A stretch of 64,000 bases of DNA from an uncultured virus (IMG/VR IMGVR_UViG_3300042566_001492). Taxonomy: Duplodnaviria; Heunggongvirae; Uroviricota; Caudoviricetes. The notes beneath the pieces are model-generated. The model saw only the letters and a list, made by a program, of their open reading frames with translations. It ran no database searches and was not told the DNA's origin. The stretch lies in IMG/VR virus record IMGVR_UViG_3300042566_001492; one strand, written 5' to 3'. The position numbers were made by a program, and so were the translations under genes. Positions 61,392 through 64,000 of the stretch are shown in pieces. The stretch's first letter is position 1. Each line of letters starts with the position of its first letter.

Positions 61392-61889
61392 ATGGGATGT
61401 GATATACATTTTTTCGTAGAACATTGGACTTCATCAAATAATTACGGAGGACCTAAAGACCTAGAAGATGATAGAGACCAAAAAATTAATGAAGTATTAG
61501 ACGAAGTACCGGTAAGATTTAGATGGATATCTGCTGATAAATGGCAAATTGAAGACGGTGAATGGGAAATCGATTGGAATGATGAATATTACGGTGGTAG
61601 AAACTATGAATTATTTTCATTGCTCGCAGGTGTCAGAGGTGATTTAGAACCAATTAAAGATATAAGAGGTATTCCAGAGGATGCATCAACTGGATATTTA
61701 TATAAATGTAATAAGTGGAAAGGAGATGCACATTCACATTCATATTATACTTTAGATGAACTTCTTAATGTTGATTGGTCTAAATACCAATATATGTATA
61801 TTGATGATTTTATCAAATCTTTAGATAGAATGAAAGAAATAGATACTGATTATAAAAAGGTTAGATGTTGTTTCTTTTTTGATAACTAA
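61392..61889 (+). CDS. Conserved phage protein (MGCDIH...RNYELF..LAGVR...FFDN) with internal DRDQKINEVLD motif
   Basis: Recognisable phage family pattern. Confidence 0.7.
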   Translation: MGCDIHFFVEHWTSSNNYGGPKDLEDDRDQKINEVLDEVPVRFRWISADKWQIEDGEWEIDWNDEYYGGRNYELFSLLAGVRGDLEPIKDIRGIPEDASTGYLYKCNKWKGDAHSHSYYTLDELLNVDWSKYQYMYIDDFIKSLDRMKEIDTDYKKVRCCFFFDN

Positions 61890-62342
61890 TTACCATTGAC
61901 CAAGTGACATCGCTTCATCATAATCTCTTTCACATCTACTAGAACAAAAAGGATTGTTTCTATTGGTTTGTGTAAAAACTTGATTACATTTATGACAGTT
62001 TTTTTCACCTTCTCTAAAAGAATGGTCTGCATAAATTCTTGACAACTCATGCATAATATATTCAACCGTGTCTGAATCTGATGTCCACATTGGAAACCAT
62101 TCTTCATCAGCAGTTGGAGGTGATGAATAGTAATAATCTAATTCTTCTCTGAGTCTCTCTGGATCATAACTAGATGATGGTTCACTAACATTTAACCAAT
62201 AGTCATAAAAAGAAAATAATTCATCTACATTATTAATAGATTCTTTAGATTTAAGTTCTTCTAATGCTGATTCCCAAATACTTCCTGGTATAGACTTCCA
62301 GTTTCTGGACTCAAATAGGTTAAATGATTTTAGATATTTCAT
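61890..62342 (-). CDS. Leader-tagged protein with a C-terminal CxxC...CSxxC zinc finger
   Basis: Start moved to MKYLKSFNLFES at 62342, 4 nt after TAATATATA. Confidence 0.7.
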   Translation of the reverse strand: MKYLKSFNLFESRNWKSIPGSIWESALEELKSKESINNVDELFSFYDYWLNVSEPSSSYDPERLREELDYYYSSPPTADEEWFPMWTSDSDTVEYIMHELSRIYADHSFREGEKNCHKCNQVFTQTNRNNPFCSSRCERDYDEAMSLGQW

Positions 62343-62346
62343 TTTG

Positions 62347-62373
62347 TATATATTAAAAATAAGATTATATTTG
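62347..62373. promoter_or_regulatory. Back-to-back promoters: TAATATATA (minus) and TATATTTG (plus)
   Basis: 62347-62355 on minus; 62366-62373 on plus. Confidence 0.6.
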
Positions 62374-62378
62374 TAGGT

Positions 62379-62717
62379 ATGCAAATCATATTAGGAGATA
62401 TTACAATTAAAATGACATCAAATGGACGTGATGAAGATTTTAATACACTTAATTGTATATTCTCAAAAGGTTTCAAAAAAGGTAATGGTTCTAGAGAAGT
62501 AAAAAATTTTTACTTTTATCACCAAAGAGGAAAGGGATTAATATTTAAGGGCGGAATGGATTGGTCACCACAAGAAATGAAAGAATATATGGAATTCCTT
62601 AAATTAGAATACCAAGAGTTACAAAAGATAAACGATGATATTTCAACAGTAGATTTCTTATCTTATCTAATCTCTAAAAGAAGAACAGAAATTATTAATG
62701 ATATAACTAAATTATGA
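62379..62717 (+). CDS. Hypothetical protein ending KRRTEIINDITKL
   Basis: ORF 5 nt after TATATTTG. Confidence 0.6.
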   Translation: MQIILGDITIKMTSNGRDEDFNTLNCIFSKGFKKGNGSREVKNFYFYHQRGKGLIFKGGMDWSPQEMKEYMEFLKLEYQELQKINDDISTVDFLSYLISKRRTEIINDITKL

Positions 62718-63325
62718 AAGTAATATTCTTAGACATAGATGGTGTGATGAACTCACAGGTCTTTTATAAAGAAAGACACTATCGTAGATGGAGAAAACCA
62801 ATTACATATTGGTATGAATTGAAAAGAATTACAAGAAAAGTTTTAGGTATAAAATCTAAACCCATTTCGCTTGCTAATTATAAAACTCCAGACCATCACT
62901 ACGAATTTCCTTATCAATTTAATAGATTAGTAGAAGAGACTTGTAAAGAAAAATGGGAATGGTTAAGTGAGTTCTGTAATGATAATAATGTCAAAATCTG
63001 TATCTCATCTACTTGGAAACATCATTTTGGAGACAAAGAGTATAGATTAAAATCAGAACAATGGGGTGATGCTCTTAATCTTTTAGGGTTTAAGACCGAC
63101 ACATTTGTTGGTATCACTCCAAACAAACCATCAAGAATTCGTGGTGAAGAAATAAAAGCTTGGTTAGATAATCATTCAGAAGTAGTCGATTATGCTATTT
63201 TAGATGATGATTCTGATATGTTACCGGAACAAATGGTAAAGTTTCACCACTGTGATGGTTGGTTTGGGATGTCACCAAACCATCTTTATAGAATCAAAAG
63301 ACAGTTTGATGGAAAGAATAACTAG
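62714..63325 (+). CDS. HAD-superfamily protein (Swiss-Army-knife RNA-repair-like HAD domain)
   Basis: VIFLDIDGV, ISSTW, RGEEI..WL, YAILDDDSDM. Confidence 0.82.
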   Translation: MKVIFLDIDGVMNSQVFYKERHYRRWRKPITYWYELKRITRKVLGIKSKPISLANYKTPDHHYEFPYQFNRLVEETCKEKWEWLSEFCNDNNVKICISSTWKHHFGDKEYRLKSEQWGDALNLLGFKTDTFVGITPNKPSRIRGEEIKAWLDNHSEVVDYAILDDDSDMLPEQMVKFHHCDGWFGMSPNHLYRIKRQFDGKNN

Positions 63326-63448
63326 TTTTATAAAACGTCAGGTATTGAAATTAGCACTTTGGTGGTCGTATAAATTTCCTAAAAGTAAAAATAAAGATAT
63401 ATGGAGATTAGATTAATTTATAATTCATAAATTTTAATATATAAATCT

Positions 63449-64000
63449 ATGAAACATATTAAACTATTTGAGAACTTAGAAGACTTAGTGTATGGTGAAG
63501 TCCAATCACTAATCGACAATAACCAATTCCTTAAAGGCAAGGTAGAGGCTACTAAAGACACTGTATTTGAGGCAGGTGATTACATCTTACTACTTGGTGA
63601 CCTTTCACATATTACAGACGCACACGTTGATGAAACAGTACCAGGTTCTAAATTTAATAAAGGAGTTGATCTCAAAAAGGCTATCATCGAATTAGTTAGT
63701 AATAACAAACCAACTGAAATGACTAAAGGCTTTGGTACAAGTGAAACGAAAGTTGCCGATTCCAAAGAAGCTGAGAAATTTAAGTGGTTAGGATTAGATA
63801 GTAAAAATAAAGTAGGTCAAGAAAATGTACACAAATTAGATCCTAACTCTGATGAATTTAAGTCTATGAATATTTACACTTATAAAGATTCTAGAGGTAA
63901 TGAGTTTAGTATTAAAGTAAAAGAAGGTGCTGGCGAAGAAACTACATTCTTAAGTTTTATTGGAGCTAAGATTGGTGATATTGGAAACAAACCAGTTCTT
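63449..64000 (+). CDS. Leader-tagged hypothetical protein, truncated by the window end
   Basis: MKHIKLFENLEDL..., open to 64000; TAATATATA at 63435-63443. Confidence 0.65.
   Translation, partial: MKHIKLFENLEDLVYGEVQSLIDNNQFLKGKVEATKDTVFEAGDYILLLGDLSHITDAHVDETVPGSKFNKGVDLKKAIIELVSNNKPTEMTKGFGTSETKVADSKEAEKFKWLGLDSKNKVGQENVHKLDPNSDEFKSMNIYTYKDSRGNEFSIKVKEGAGEETTFLSFIGAKIGDIGNKPVL

Overview
AT-rich, very gene-dense window (genetic code 11) that reads as part of a large or jumbo tailed-phage genome infecting a Bacteroidota host. No capsid, terminase or polymerase gene lies inside the window, so this is an inference. It rests on unlinked host-like metabolic genes (def, purA, purB, rpiB, clpP, rnhB, an aspartate-aminotransferase-like enzyme, dNK, 5'-nucleotidase) scattered among about 60 short hypothetical ORFs, three unrelated peptidoglycan hydrolases, a holin-like ORF, a tail-collar protein, two glycosylation/methylation islands and many Bacteroidota-type TAnnTTTG promoters. 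Reading across the ORFs shows two peptide tags, each tending to go with its own upstream DNA motif. (i) About 18 unrelated proteins start with an MKYLKxYxxFE(S)-like leader resembling the T4 capsid-targeting sequence, and their genes or operons follow a TAATATATA motif. (ii) About 15 other unrelated proteins carry an R-[DEN]-x-K-[LI]-x-x-[LI]-(G-[IV]) helix, mostly at the C-terminus, and several sit behind host-type promoters. Other notable items are a GAF-PAS-PAS histidine kinase / receiver / coiled-coil membrane protein cassette, an unannotated ~240-nt structured RNA candidate with a perfect 6-bp loop-loop complement, two TibC/Aah-like heptosyltransferase homologues and a 10xCxxC zinc-hairpin protein. 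All family calls are by eye from motifs; no searches were run.
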